Source of the DNA: an uncultured Verrucomicrobiota bacterium | Lineage (GTDB): Bacteria > Verrucomicrobiota > Kiritimatiellia > CAIKKV01 | Reading direction: 5' to 3' | Assembly: GCA_964609905.1 (NCBI GenBank) | Contig: CAZSUH010000006.1 | Span: forward strand, 1-61,003 | DNA length: 61,003 nucleotides | Shown here: positions 37,293 to 48,758 of the stretch, piece after piece | Numbering within the stretch: the stretch's first letter is position 1 | Layout: every line of letters starts with the position of its first letter | Translations under genes and position numbers: made by a program | The notes under the pieces: model-generated | Database searches by the model: none | Told to the model about the DNA's origin: nothing | Seen by the model: only the letters and a program-made list of their open reading frames with translations

Positions 37293-38696
37293 TCAGGGGC
37301 GGGCGATTTTCCGGGCATCCTGCTCGTGGAGCGCTTCCGCCTCGGCCGCCCGATCCCGCGCCGTTTCTTTGGCCAACGGGCCCGAATAGGATTCGTAAAC
37401 GGCAGCGGCATCCCGGAACCGGCCTTTGGCGGCCAACGGGTCGGCCTGTGATTTAAGTATGGCCAACACCTCCTGAAAGGTCGCTTCCGGAGGCCGTTTG
37501 GCGGGCTGGCGTTCCTCGGCCCGCGTCTCGGGCGAAGGCGCGGCGGGAGGAGGATGGGGCGTGGCAGGGGAAGGCGTGGGGAGCCACTGGGGCGGCAGGA
37601 CTGTCTGAAACGCTTCGTTTTTGAAGCGTGGAAACAGACGTATAACCGCGATGGCGAGCAGGACGGTGAGCAGAAGGGCGTAAAGGACGACACGTGCCGC
37701 CGAATCGCCGCCGGTTCGGGCGGTTGCGGAGGGAACGATGGGGGCGGGCGCCTTGATCGTCTTCCGGTTTGCGCTGCGTTTCATGACGCTGGCTTTGGGC
37801 CGGGGCATGGGCAGGACGGGATCGTGATGGAGCAAGAGCCGCTTGACGTCGGCGGTGACGGCGTCCCAGTCGGCATGGCGGTGCTCGCGATCCCGGGCCA
37901 GCATTTTTTCCGTCAACCAGCAGATGCGGGAGGAGAGGGAAGGAACCAGGTCCATGGCGTCAGACGCATGGCCCTTGAGGTGGAGGCTGAGCACCGCCTC
38001 GTCGGACATGCCCTCGAAGAGCAGGCGGCCGGTGAGCATCTGGTACGCCGTGGCGCCCATGGAGTAGATGTCGGAGCGGCAATCGGGCTTGGGTTTGCCG
38101 CGGATTTGTTCGGGGGACATAAACGGGGGCGTCCCCATCACCTCGCTGGTCGGCGAGAGGAAACCGAGGGAAGTGATCGTGGTGGCCAGACCGAAATCGG
38201 CGACTTTGACCGAGCCGTCGGCGTCGATCAGGATGTTGTCGGGTTTGAGATCGAGATGGACGAGGCCGGTGGTTTTCCAGGCATGGCCGAGTGCCTGGGC
38301 GACATTTAGGAGCACGCGAAGCACGTCGTCCTCGGTCATCCTTGTCGTGCGGCGAATCCGGGCGCCGATGCTTTCCCCGTCCACGTATTCCATGATCAAG
38401 CAATAATGTCCGGCATGAACGAGGGCATCGTGAACATGGACGATTCCGGGATGTTTAAGCATGCCCATGGAACGGCATTCGGCCTGGAACCGTTCGACGT
38501 CGGCGGGGTCGCCCGCGGCGCTGGCCGAGAGCGCTTTGATGGCGACAAGCCGGTCCAAAGAAAGCTGCCTGGCTTTCCAAACGGATGCCATGCCGCCTTC
38601 CCCGATCTTGCCAAGCACCTCGAAACCCGGTATGGAGAACGGTTCCATAAAACCACATGCCTGCGCGACTGGTTGAGCGAACCCTCTTTCAAACAT
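37293..38696 (-). CDS. Ser/Thr protein kinase with C-terminal membrane anchor and extracytoplasmic tail
   Basis: Hanks kinase motifs GEGGMASVWKA, VAIK, HLDLKPDNIL, DFGLA, SPEQ. TM segment VVLYALLLTVLLAIAVI. ATG 38648 (MEPFSIPGF) is an alternative start. Confidence 0.9.
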   Translation of the reverse strand: MFERGFAQPVAQACGFMEPFSIPGFEVLGKIGEGGMASVWKARQLSLDRLVAIKALSASAAGDPADVERFQAECRSMGMLKHPGIVHVHDALVHAGHYCLIMEYVDGESIGARIRRTTRMTEDDVLRVLLNVAQALGHAWKTTGLVHLDLKPDNILIDADGSVKVADFGLATTITSLGFLSPTSEVMGTPPFMSPEQIRGKPKPDCRSDIYSMGATAYQMLTGRLLFEGMSDEAVLSLHLKGHASDAMDLVPSLSSRICWLTEKMLARDREHRHADWDAVTADVKRLLLHHDPVLPMPRPKASVMKRSANRKTIKAPAPIVPSATARTGGDSAARVVLYALLLTVLLAIAVIRLFPRFKNEAFQTVLPPQWLPTPSPATPHPPPAAPSPETRAEERQPAKRPPEATFQEVLAILKSQADPLAAKGRFRDAAAVYESYSGPLAKETARDRAAEAEALHEQDARKIARP

Positions 38697-38833
38697 GCTT
38701 TCCTAACAAGCGGACAAAGTCAAGCCGCGTGTCTTTCCAGAAGGCTATGGCGCGAATAACCGGCCTTGCCCGTTTTGCGGCTTTCGAACCGGCGCGGGAG
38801 AAGAAGATCGGGTTGCCGGCGAGTCCGTTCTTC

Positions 38834-39865
38834 CTATTCCTCTCCCACGGTCCAGGATAGCCCCCCATCCACCACGGCGGGCGCCCTCGGCTTGTGCGGC
38901 GCGGTGATCCCCCGGAAGAACCAGGCGCGCCCGGCGAGCAGTACCTTGTTCGTGTCGGGATCCAGGCGGAAGCGCCACACCTCCAGCCGCCAGGGTTGGG
39001 AACGTTCCGCGGCCAGGGTGGTTTTGCCCTCCCGCACCAGGTCCACCAACGCATAGGCTTCCGTGGCAGCGTTGGTGTGGCTGACGCCAAGCAGCAGGCG
39101 TTTGTCGAAAAAGTCGCGGGCGTCCGCGACCGCCTGGCGGATGAGATTGGTCATTTCGGGCGAGGCGTCGTGGCGCCAGGCGGCGCGGAGCGTGTCGCCG
39201 TGGCGGAGCGCCACAAAAATCGGCGAGCCGAGCGGGGTTGGAATCTCGAATGCGGCCGGTGTGCCGGACGGACGCCGGCCCGGGAGACGGACCAGCGTGC
39301 CCCGCGTGATGGCGCACAGTTCCGTGTTTGCGCCCGCCTCGGGCGTGAGCGTCAGGCGCGCCGGTTTGTTGGCGGCGTTGGCCGGGTTCTCGAAGCGGAT
39401 GGAAACGGGATACACGAGCCGGTCAAGCGTCTCCGCCGGCTTGCCTTTCTGCTTGGCCGGGATGATGATTTTATGGGTGACGCCGGTGGCGGTGATATAC
39501 AGGGGGAGGGTATAGAGATGACCGGTCCAGCCGGGGCCGTCGAGGGGGAGGAGGGTGGCGCGGAGATGGCGGATGGGATAGGGCTCGCCCCATTCCTCTT
39601 TGATGGCCTGGCCGGCCTCCTTGAAACGCCAGGCGCGGGCCATCTCCTCTTTTTCGGGGAAGAAGCGAATTTCGCGGACGGCCTCCAGCGGCAGCACATG
39701 CGGCGCCTTGCCGTCGTGGAGCGTGAACTGGGCCCCGGGTGTGAGCGTGATGTCGCCCTCGATCGTGCCGCCGTCCGAGAAGGTGACGGCGCCGGGGCGC
39801 CCAGCCAATAGGACGAATGGGACGAATAGGACGAACGGAAGAAAACGGGAGAACGCGCGTTTCAT
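38834..39865 (-). CDS. Secreted hypothetical protein (343 aa), last gene of the MoxR/BatA-like operon
   Basis: ATG 39865 overlaps the upstream TGA (ATGA). Signal peptide MKRAFSRFLPFVLFVPFVLLAG. No recognisable domain. Confidence 0.7.
   Translation of the reverse strand: MKRAFSRFLPFVLFVPFVLLAGRPGAVTFSDGGTIEGDITLTPGAQFTLHDGKAPHVLPLEAVREIRFFPEKEEMARAWRFKEAGQAIKEEWGEPYPIRHLRATLLPLDGPGWTGHLYTLPLYITATGVTHKIIIPAKQKGKPAETLDRLVYPVSIRFENPANAANKPARLTLTPEAGANTELCAITRGTLVRLPGRRPSGTPAAFEIPTPLGSPIFVALRHGDTLRAAWRHDASPEMTNLIRQAVADARDFFDKRLLLGVSHTNAATEAYALVDLVREGKTTLAAERSQPWRLEVWRFRLDPDTNKVLLAGRAWFFRGITAPHKPRAPAVVDGGLSWTVGEE
39811..39837. repeat. 9-bp tandem repeat (GGACGAATG/GGACGAATA/GGACGAACG), family B
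   Basis: Three head-to-tail units read directly from the sequence. On the minus strand they encode the FVLFVPFVL core of the signal peptide of the 38834..39865 product. Confidence 0.6.
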
Positions 39866-42051
39866 ACCAGGTTGTTCCTCCGGCGGAGAACCCATTCGAG
39901 GAGAAGGGAGAAAAAAAACAGGAGGGCGGCCCAGGGGCCGGCCTGGGCGAGCGGGGTTTCGATGACCACGGTGCGCGACACGGCGGCGGAGCGGATCCGG
40001 GCGATCAGGGTGTCGGCCTCCTCCTCGGGCGCATAAAAGCCGCCGCTTCGTTCGGCCAGCTTGGCCAGCCAGGCTTCGTCGGGGATGAGCCGCGCGCCTT
40101 CGGGCAGAAACGGCGCCACGGCCCAGGTTTTGCCGACCGTTTCCAGCGTCACGCCCTGGCGCGCGGCGGTGAGCGTGACGGTATAGGTGCCCCGCGCCGC
40201 GAACGGCACCCGCAGGCGATAGGCATCGCGCAGGCCCGCCTGGGACTCCACGGGAAGGGGGGTCGTCCGGCCGTCGGGCCCGGTCACCGAGGCGGTCAGG
40301 ATGGCGCCCTCGGAATCGCGCCCGGCCAGGGTGATTGCGGCAACGGCCTCCTCGCCGGGCCGGTAGCGGTCGCGTTCCCAGCGCACGGCCAGCAGCCGGC
40401 CGCCCTCGGCCTCGCCCGCGGCCCAGCGAACCCACTGGCGGAGGAGAAGGCCATACGCGTCGCTCAGCGGTTTGTCGCGGCGCGCCCATTTCCAGAGCGT
40501 GTTGGAGGCGAGCGCCCCGGTGCGGCCCTGGCCATACGGTTGCACGGCCAGCAGCGGCACGGTGGCGTCTCCCGCGGACGCCTGGAGCAGGGCCTCCGCG
40601 GCGGGCCGCCTGGGGCCTGGCCGGTTCAGACTGTCCACGCTGACCTCGCGCGCCCCGGCGAGGAGCGCATCCAGCCCCGCCACCGCGGGATGCGCGGCGG
40701 ATTCGCGCGGGATGGAGACCGGGAAGGTTCCGGTCTGAAGAGGGGGCTCATCGGCGCGGATCTGCCACGGGATCAGCGGCTCAAGCGGCGTGGCGGCATA
40801 GCCGCCGGCGCCGAACGCATGTTCGCCGCCGAGGAAAAGGGAGGCTCCCCCTTTTTCCACATAGATCGCAAGGGCGTTCATGCCGGCCGCCGTCCAATCC
40901 GAGGCCGGAAAGGCGCCGAGCATAATGCAGTCGTAAAGGGCAAGCGTTTTGGGGTTGTCCGGGAAGCCCCCTTCGAGTTCTTCGTCGCCGGGCAACCGTT
41001 CGCCCTGCAGGTTGAACCGTTCGCCGAGGGTGCGGTAGAGGGCGGTAAGTGTCACGCCCGGATCGCGGCCCAGTTCCTGGCGCAGCAGTTTGAAGTCGGC
41101 GCCCAGCTCGCGGGTGAAGAACAGCACATGGAGAGAACGGCGGCGAATCTGTACGGTGAGAGGCCGCTCGTTGTTGAGGGCCGAGAGTTCGCCGGGCTGC
41201 ACGGCCACCGACACCTGAAGGCGGAACGGCCCCTGCTCGGGCGCCTTGACCTGGAACGTGGTCCGGGCCTGGCCGCGCGAGAGATTGACCAGGGCCTCCT
41301 TGATCTTGTGACGGCCGGTGGGCGTCTCCACGGCCAGGCTCAGCGGCGTTTGCGCGAGCCGGCCGGCCAAGGACGCGTCCGCCGCGCCGCGCGCGCGCAG
41401 GTCCACCGTCACGTCGAACTGCACGCCGGCCTCCGCTTCCTCGGGGGCCTGCGCCTCGTCGATCACCACATCGGGGAGGTTGCGCGCGGCCGCGCCGATG
41501 CCGGCGATGAAGATCGGCGCGCCGGGCAGCTTCAGGGCGTCGACCGATTCGTCGCCGCCGTCGGTCAGGAGCACGATGGCGGCGGGCGGATCGGTGCGTT
41601 CCGCCAGCGTCCGCAGGCAGCCGGCCAGATCGGTGCCCGCGTCCGGCTCTGGCAGATAACCTTTTTCGGGAACAGTTTTCAGGGTGGTGTCGAAGACTGC
41701 GGTCTCGATCCGGCAGAAGGCGGGAAGGGCGGAACGGATGCGTTTCGCCAGGCGAACGGCGCGGGTGAATCGCGCCTCCGCGCCGTCCCGGACGCCCATG
41801 GAGGCGGAGGCGTCCACGGCCACCAGGAAGCGGGCGCCGCCCTCGAGCGGTTTGTCGCGGCGCCAGGCGGGCTCGGCCAGCGCCAGCACGACGAGCCCGA
41901 GCGCGACCGCCTTGGGCGCGAACAGCCAGAGGGCCGTCGGCGCGGCCACCCGCTCGCGCAGGCGCCGCCACAGCAGCACGGCGCCGGCCGCGGCGCCGAG
42001 CGCGAGCGCGGCGAAAAGGACGGGATGCAGGCTGGAGGACCACACGATCAT
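39862..42051 (-). CDS. Membrane vWA-domain protein with class-I glutamine-amidotransferase-like (non-catalytic) domain (729 aa)
   Basis: ATG 42051 overlaps the upstream TGA (ATGA). N-terminal TM pair, MIDAS-like VAVDASASM, IMLGAFPASDW...LAIYVEKGGASLFLGG (DUF1355/GATase1-like pattern), and a C-terminal TM segment AALLFFFSLLLEWVL. Confidence 0.75.
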   Translation of the reverse strand: MIVWSSSLHPVLFAALALGAAAGAVLLWRRLRERVAAPTALWLFAPKAVALGLVVLALAEPAWRRDKPLEGGARFLVAVDASASMGVRDGAEARFTRAVRLAKRIRSALPAFCRIETAVFDTTLKTVPEKGYLPEPDAGTDLAGCLRTLAERTDPPAAIVLLTDGGDESVDALKLPGAPIFIAGIGAAARNLPDVVIDEAQAPEEAEAGVQFDVTVDLRARGAADASLAGRLAQTPLSLAVETPTGRHKIKEALVNLSRGQARTTFQVKAPEQGPFRLQVSVAVQPGELSALNNERPLTVQIRRRSLHVLFFTRELGADFKLLRQELGRDPGVTLTALYRTLGERFNLQGERLPGDEELEGGFPDNPKTLALYDCIMLGAFPASDWTAAGMNALAIYVEKGGASLFLGGEHAFGAGGYAATPLEPLIPWQIRADEPPLQTGTFPVSIPRESAAHPAVAGLDALLAGAREVSVDSLNRPGPRRPAAEALLQASAGDATVPLLAVQPYGQGRTGALASNTLWKWARRDKPLSDAYGLLLRQWVRWAAGEAEGGRLLAVRWERDRYRPGEEAVAAITLAGRDSEGAILTASVTGPDGRTTPLPVESQAGLRDAYRLRVPFAARGTYTVTLTAARQGVTLETVGKTWAVAPFLPEGARLIPDEAWLAKLAERSGGFYAPEEEADTLIARIRSAAVSRTVVIETPLAQAGPWAALLFFFSLLLEWVLRRRNNLV

Positions 42052-44084
42052 GGAGCGCCTCCAATCCGCGGGTTGGCCAGCAGGCCCTCCGCCGCCAGCG
42101 CAAGCAGGCAGGCGATGAGCAGGGGATGGAACAACCGCGCGCCCTGCCGGGAGCGGCGGATGCGGGAGGCCAGATCCCGCGCCGGCCCGACGGCTTGAAC
42201 CGTGTGCGGCAGGCCCATGGCGGCGGGAACCGGGCCGCCCTTTAGGTCGGTGAAACGGCCCTCGCCGGGGTCGGCCGAAACGGCGACATGCAGCGTGCCG
42301 GTGACGCAATCGAGCGTCCAGACGCCGCTGCGGGCGGGCACGGGAAGCGCGGCGGAATCGCCCTGCCACTCCACGGGCGGAGCGGCATCCGAGCGCACGC
42401 GGATGCGGCCCCGGGGTTGTGGCGGGAATGGCTCGCCGGCCCGGAGGGAGGGTGGACTATCGCCGTCGGGCCGGTCGCCCAGCGCCAGGTGGTGCGCGAG
42501 CGGAAGGAAGCCGGGCTTCAGGGGCAGATTGCTCCAGTTGCCGTCCAGCGCCAGGCCGCAGGCAAAGACGCGGCCTTTCCCCTCGTTTTTCTGTGTCAGG
42601 AGGGGGCGGCCGTCTTCCAGGCCCAGCAGGGCGGTCGTTCCGGGAGCGGGGTTGAGCGGGTGGAACCGGCGGACGCGCGCCTGGCGAAGACGGATGCGAC
42701 CGTCCGCGTCGCGCAGCGCATCGAAGAGCGGCTGCTCCTTCGCCAGCGGAATGAGGAGGGCGCCGTCTCCGGGAATTTCGAGGGGACCGGGCGCGGCGCC
42801 GAGCCAGGCCGGAGCCGTTCCGGTAATTGTGGCGTGGGCGCCGTCGGGCAGCGCCAGCAGGCGTCCGCCCTCCGTCACATACCGCCGCAGGGCGTCGGGC
42901 CAAGCGCCGGCCGGGGGAAGGCGCGGCCAGGGAACGGCGACCAGGAGGGGGGCCTGGCGGGCGAGGGCGGCGGCGGCTTCGGCCGGCTCGGCGAAAAGCG
43001 GCTCGAGGCCGGAGAGCGAGGCGTCGCCGCCGGGCGCGAGCGCGGCGGGCAGGAAGCCGAAGGCGGAGCGGGGCCCCACGAAGAGAATGGTTTGACGGGG
43101 CTGGACATCGAACCGCAGAACGGCGCGATTATCGGCCTCGAAGCCGTCGCCGCTGAGCCAGACGGGGACGGTGTAAAGGCCGGGCGCGCGGGGCGCAAGC
43201 GGGATGACCACGGCTTTTTCCTCATCCGCGGAGAGTCGGATTTCCAGCGCGCTCGGCCGCCCCTCCTCCTCGAGCCAGTTCACCAGCGCCGTGACGGGTT
43301 GCGCGCCGGCGCGAAGGCGGACCGTCAGCGGCAAGCGGCGCGAGGCGAGGTGGCGGGTGCGGGGGAGTTCCAGCGCGAGCAGGGTGGCGTTAGCCGGACT
43401 CTCGCCGGGCGTGAGGCGGTGGAAGTGAAGGGAAAGCCCGGCGGGCAGGGCGGCTGCGGAGGCGGGGCGGGACCAGTCGTTTTCCTGGAGGTCGGTGAAT
43501 ACATGGATTTCGCGGCGCGCGGCGGGGGCGGCGGCGAGCAGGCCGAGGGCGCGGCGCAGGCCGTCGGCGGGCGCGCCGCCGGCCTCCGTGGGCGGAATGG
43601 CGTTGAGCGCGGCGCGCAGGCTGTCCAGGTCGCGGACGAGTTCGGCGGCCTGGGGCGCGGCCGGATCGCTCACGGTGACGAGGAGCGCGGCGGCGTCGCC
43701 GGCATCGAGCGTGTCGAGGGCGGCGCGGGCGGCGGCCTTGGCCGCCTCGAGGAGGGATTGGCCGGACGCGTCGCGCCGGGTCATGGAGGCGGAGTTGTCG
43801 AGCACGAGGACGGCGGCGGTGCGTCCGCCGAGTCCGCCGGCGGTCCACAGGGGGCCCGCGAACGCGAGCAGGAGGAGGGCGACGGCGAGGGAGCGGAGGA
43901 GGAGGATCAGCCACTCCCGGATTTTTCGGCGGGCGCTGAGGCGGGGATGAATGCGCTGGAAGAACATGAAGGTGGAGAACGGGAGCGCCTTGCGCCGGAT
44001 GCGGAAAAAGAGGTGGAAAATCACCGGGGCCAGGGCCAGCGGCAACAGGCTGAGGTAGAGGGGATTGGCGAAAAGGATGCTCAT
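42048..44084 (-). CDS. BatA-like aerotolerance-regulator N-terminal double-TM / vWA-domain protein (678 aa)
   Basis: ATG 44084 overlaps the upstream TGA (ATGA). MSILFANPLYLSLLPLALAPVIFHLFFRIRRK is the BatA_N signature, followed by a second TM segment and VLVLDNSASM (DxSxS). Confidence 0.8.
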   Translation of the reverse strand: MSILFANPLYLSLLPLALAPVIFHLFFRIRRKALPFSTFMFFQRIHPRLSARRKIREWLILLLRSLAVALLLLAFAGPLWTAGGLGGRTAAVLVLDNSASMTRRDASGQSLLEAAKAAARAALDTLDAGDAAALLVTVSDPAAPQAAELVRDLDSLRAALNAIPPTEAGGAPADGLRRALGLLAAAPAARREIHVFTDLQENDWSRPASAAALPAGLSLHFHRLTPGESPANATLLALELPRTRHLASRRLPLTVRLRAGAQPVTALVNWLEEEGRPSALEIRLSADEEKAVVIPLAPRAPGLYTVPVWLSGDGFEADNRAVLRFDVQPRQTILFVGPRSAFGFLPAALAPGGDASLSGLEPLFAEPAEAAAALARQAPLLVAVPWPRLPPAGAWPDALRRYVTEGGRLLALPDGAHATITGTAPAWLGAAPGPLEIPGDGALLIPLAKEQPLFDALRDADGRIRLRQARVRRFHPLNPAPGTTALLGLEDGRPLLTQKNEGKGRVFACGLALDGNWSNLPLKPGFLPLAHHLALGDRPDGDSPPSLRAGEPFPPQPRGRIRVRSDAAPPVEWQGDSAALPVPARSGVWTLDCVTGTLHVAVSADPGEGRFTDLKGGPVPAAMGLPHTVQAVGPARDLASRIRRSRQGARLFHPLLIACLLALAAEGLLANPRIGGAP

Positions 44085-44955
44085 GCCAGTTTCAGGATCT
44101 GTTCCTCCACGGGGCGGCGGGTGTCCACGAGGTGGTAGTCGGCCAGGCAGGCGGCGCAGCCGAGGCGGAGTTCCTCCAGGTAACGCTGCACCTCGCGCGC
44201 GTAGGCCGAGCGGAGCGTGTCGCATTCGAGGCTCATGCGGGCGCCGGTTTCGAGCTCGCGCAACTCGGCGGCGCCCTCGGCGCCGAGGGCCAGTTCGCCG
44301 CCGTCGAGCACGTGGAGCGCGAGGATCGCATGGCGGTCGTGGTGGAGGCGCCAGAACCCGCGCAGAACGCGTTCGGGCGGTTCGAGAAAATCGGAGATCA
44401 CGATCACGAGGCTGCGCGAATCGAGCCGGTCGGCCAGTTCGAAAAGGGCATGCTCGATGTCGCCCTTGCCGGCGGGCCGGACGGCATCGAGCGTTTCCAG
44501 GTGGCGGCGGAGTCCGTCGTGCGTGGAGGTGCAGGGGAGCACGGTGCGCAGGGCGCTGTCGAACGTCGCGAGCCCGACGGTGTCGCTCTGGTTGACGAGC
44601 ACGAAGGCGAGTCCGGCGGCGAGGGTGGCGGCATAATCGAGCTTGGTGACCCGGCCGGTCTGGCGGAATGCGAGGCTCTCGGAGGTGTCGAGCAGGAGCC
44701 AGGCGCGGAGGTTGGTTTCTTCGAGGTAGCGGCGGACCATGTACCGGTCGCTGCGGGCGTAGACGGCCCAGTCGATGAGGCCGGGCGGATCGCCGGGCGT
44801 GTATTCGCGGTATTCGGCGAACTCGACGGACGAGCCGTAGGCGGGCGAGCGATGAAGGCCCTGGCGCGGGCCCTGCACGGGGCGGCGCACGGTCAGGGTG
44901 AAACCCTTGAGCCGCTCCGCCAACTCGGCGGGCAGTCTCTGGGAGGGGCCGGGGT

Positions 44956-44959
<4 letters not shown>
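44081..44959 (-). CDS. DUF58-domain protein (vWA-like, MoxR-associated)
   Basis: 292 aa. GLHRSPAYGSSVEFAEYREYTPGDPPGLIDWAVYARSDRYMVRRY is the DUF58 core motif. GTG start overlaps the MoxR stop (GTGA). Confidence 0.9.
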
Positions 44960-45984
<1,025 letters not shown>

Positions 45985-45998
45985 GGTCGGATATTCCG

Positions 45999-47510
45999 TT
46001 AATGGGTCATGGCGTAGAGGACGATGTTGACGCCCATGGGGACGGCGGTGGCGGACTCGTAGGTTTTGGCGCCCGGATAGGGGCAGCCGAGCCAGCCGGC
46101 CTCCAGGTCGTAGGGGCTGTAAATGACGCGCAGGTCGCCGGCGATCGTCATACCTTCGAGCACGGGCACGGCGGATTTGGAAACGGCGGCGGTTTCGGGG
46201 GAGAAGCCGGGACTGTCCACGGTGAAGGCGGCGCGGTAGATGGGATGATCGGCGGGGAGTATGTCGAAGGACGCTTCGGGGAGGATCCGTTTCAGCTCGC
46301 GGCGGACGGCGCTGTCGAACGTTTTCAGGCCGAGCCCGTTGTTGATGAAGAGGGTGCCGGCGCTGTCGAGAAAGCGGCGAAGGGCGGCGGTGCCCGCGGC
46401 GTCGAACTCGAAGTCGTCGAGTCCGGAGAGGTAGAGGAACGGCGTTCCGGCAAGGTCGTCCTTGCCGGGATCGACGGGCAGGCGTTTGAGGCTGGCGCGC
46501 AGGGCGGTGCCGGAGCGGATGCGGCGGAGCAGCGCGGCGGCGGCGCCGGGGTGGGCGTTCCAGGCGCCGGAGTGGCGGATCTGGGCGAAGACGAATTCGT
46601 CGGTGGGATCGCGCTGGTCGCGCGCGCCGAAGAGTTCGGGCTTGCCCTCCTCGCGGCCGGCCTCGGCATGGCCGATGACGTAGGCGATCAGGTTCACCCC
46701 GAGCTGGGAAGCGGAGGGGACGTCGTAGAACACGGCCTGCTGGAGGATGGGCACCTCGTGATCGTCCCAGCCCGTGCCGAGCCCGAAGGGCGAGAGAATC
46801 ACGGCGGCGCGGCTGCCGATGTAGATGGCGTCGAGGCGGGGTTCTTTGGAGTCGCGGTTGCGGGGGAAGGCGACCTGGTTGATGGGGTAGACGATGCGAT
46901 AGACGGGATGGTCGGGCGGTAGGATGCGGAAGGGGGAGTCGGGAAAGGCCTTCCGCATGGCGGCGCGGACCGAGTCGGTGAAATAGGGGGAGCCGGCGAC
47001 GGAGTCGCAGAGAATCGTACCGCCGCGAATCACGTAGTCGCGGAGCTTGGCGAGCTGGTCGTCGGGCAGGCGGAGGGTGCGCGAGCCGCTGAAGAAGAGG
47101 AGGGGTATGGCCACAGGATCGGGCTCGAACGAGGCGAGGGAGACGGTGTCGAGGGTATAGGGCTGGGCGAGGACGCCGCCGGCCTTGCGAAGGAGTTGCT
47201 GGAGGTCGGCGGGGCAGAGGTTCCAGTCGGCGACGGGGGCGGAGAGGCCGTTGGGATAGGTGTAGGAGGCGCTTTCGCCCCAGATGACCTTGCCGGCGAG
47301 TTTGGGGGGGGCGGGTTCGCGTTTGCGTTCGGAACGGCGCAGGGGGGTGGCGGGAAGGGGGAGCGGAGGGATGGCTTCGCCGCCGGAGATGCGGCGGGGG
47401 GAGGCGACCGGCGGGCGGCCGAGGGGGACGAACCAGTCGTTCTCATTGGCGAAGGCCGGGGTGAGGGCGAGGGCGAGGGCGAGACCGACGAAGAAACGGG
47501 CAGGCTTCAT
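45999..47510 (-). CDS. Secreted protein with two DUF4159-like domains (503 aa)
   Basis: Signal peptide MKPARFFVGLALALALTPAFA. Two copies of the pattern PLLFFSG...L.....LR.Y...GG.L..D......F..S.R.....FP......LP.DHPVYR (aa about 130-215 and about 345-430). Confidence 0.7.
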   Translation of the reverse strand: MKPARFFVGLALALALTPAFANENDWFVPLGRPPVASPRRISGGEAIPPLPLPATPLRRSERKREPAPPKLAGKVIWGESASYTYPNGLSAPVADWNLCPADLQQLLRKAGGVLAQPYTLDTVSLASFEPDPVAIPLLFFSGSRTLRLPDDQLAKLRDYVIRGGTILCDSVAGSPYFTDSVRAAMRKAFPDSPFRILPPDHPVYRIVYPINQVAFPRNRDSKEPRLDAIYIGSRAAVILSPFGLGTGWDDHEVPILQQAVFYDVPSASQLGVNLIAYVIGHAEAGREEGKPELFGARDQRDPTDEFVFAQIRHSGAWNAHPGAAAALLRRIRSGTALRASLKRLPVDPGKDDLAGTPFLYLSGLDDFEFDAAGTAALRRFLDSAGTLFINNGLGLKTFDSAVRRELKRILPEASFDILPADHPIYRAAFTVDSPGFSPETAAVSKSAVPVLEGMTIAGDLRVIYSPYDLEAGWLGCPYPGAKTYESATAVPMGVNIVLYAMTH

Positions 47511-47550
47511 GGCGCGCTCCTGATTAAAAAAACACTATACACCCAAAGGA

Positions 47551-47573
47551 ACGATTTCGAGGAGAGAAATCGT
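47551..47573. promoter_or_regulatory. Perfect 8-bp inverted repeat (ACGATTTC-N7-GAAATCGT) in the divergent intergenic region; candidate operator
   Basis: Read directly from the sequence. It lies between the DUF4159 start (47510, minus) and the URO-D-family start (47655, plus). Confidence 0.3.
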
Positions 47574-47654
47574 GCGGGGGCGGACGGCAGGATTGTGCTT
47601 TACCTCCTGCCTCAATTCATTACCCTGTGTCTTTTCATAACCCGGGGGGGTGAC

Positions 47655-48758
47655 ATGGTTAATATGACCAGCATCGAACGGATGCATGCCACGCTGAATC
47701 GACAACCGGTGGACCGGCTGGCGGCCAACGAATCGCCCTGGGGCGCGGCCGTCAAACGCTGGACCGACGAGGGCCATCTGCGCGAAAACGAGGATGTGGG
47801 CGAGCATTTCAACATGGATATCCGGCAGGGCGGGTGGCTGAACTCCACAGCGGATTTGGATTTCAAGCCGGTGCTGATCGAGGAAAACGAGGACACGGCC
47901 CTGTGGCTGGACGGCAACGGCGCCCAGTTGCGCCGCCACAAGAAGCACGATTCCACGCCGGAGCATGTGGATTTCAAGGTGAAGGATTTTGCCGGCTGGA
48001 AGGCGCATATCCGCCCGTTCCTCGCGGGGCCCCTCGACAAGCGGCGCATTCCGTTCGAAAGTTACCGGGAGGCCAGGAAATTCGCGGCGGAGAAGCAGCG
48101 CTTTTTCTGCTGGTCCGGCGTGGCGCCGTTCGAGCAGATGCATCCGGTCTGCGGCCACGAGAACATGCTGGTCGGCATGGCGCTGGAGCCGGAGTGGGTG
48201 GCCGACATGGTGGACGTTTTTGCCACGCTGACGATCCACTGCCTGGAGGAGCTGTTCGCGGCCGAGGGAAAGCCGAATGCGCTGTTTTTCTATGAGGACA
48301 TGGGGTTCAAGCAGAAACCGTTCATGAGTCCGGCCATGTATCGGGACCTGCTCCAGCCCGGGCACAAGCGGCTGTTCGATTTCGCCCATGCCAGGGGCTG
48401 CCAGGTGATCGTGCATTCCTGCGGCTATGTGGAGCCCCTGGTGCCCGGCCTGATCGAGGCCGGCATGAACTGTCTCCAGGCGATGGAAGTCAAGGCCGGC
48501 ATGGACCTGCCGACCCTGTACCGGCGGTTCGGGGATAAAATCGCCTTTTTCGGCGGCCTTGACGTGCGCACGCTGATCTCCAACGACCGCAAGCAGATCG
48601 ATGCGGAGATGGACGCCAAGCTGCTGCCCCTGCTGCGGGGAGGCGGTTCGTATATCGTGCATTCCGATCATTCGATTCCGCCGGACGTGGATTACGAGAC
48701 GCTGGTCTATTTCCTGGATCGCGGGCGGCGCATGTTGGAACGGGTGAAGCGACAATGA
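47655..48758 (+). CDS. Uroporphyrinogen-decarboxylase (URO-D) family protein (MtaA/CmuA-like fold), 367 aa
   Basis: ATG 47655 gives MVNMTSIERMHATLNRQPVDRL. FFYEDMGFKQKPFMSPAMYRDLLQPGHKRLFDFAHARG..VIVHSCG fits the URO-D family. Confidence 0.75.
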   Translation: MVNMTSIERMHATLNRQPVDRLAANESPWGAAVKRWTDEGHLRENEDVGEHFNMDIRQGGWLNSTADLDFKPVLIEENEDTALWLDGNGAQLRRHKKHDSTPEHVDFKVKDFAGWKAHIRPFLAGPLDKRRIPFESYREARKFAAEKQRFFCWSGVAPFEQMHPVCGHENMLVGMALEPEWVADMVDVFATLTIHCLEELFAAEGKPNALFFYEDMGFKQKPFMSPAMYRDLLQPGHKRLFDFAHARGCQVIVHSCGYVEPLVPGLIEAGMNCLQAMEVKAGMDLPTLYRRFGDKIAFFGGLDVRTLISNDRKQIDAEMDAKLLPLLRGGGSYIVHSDHSIPPDVDYETLVYFLDRGRRMLERVKRQ

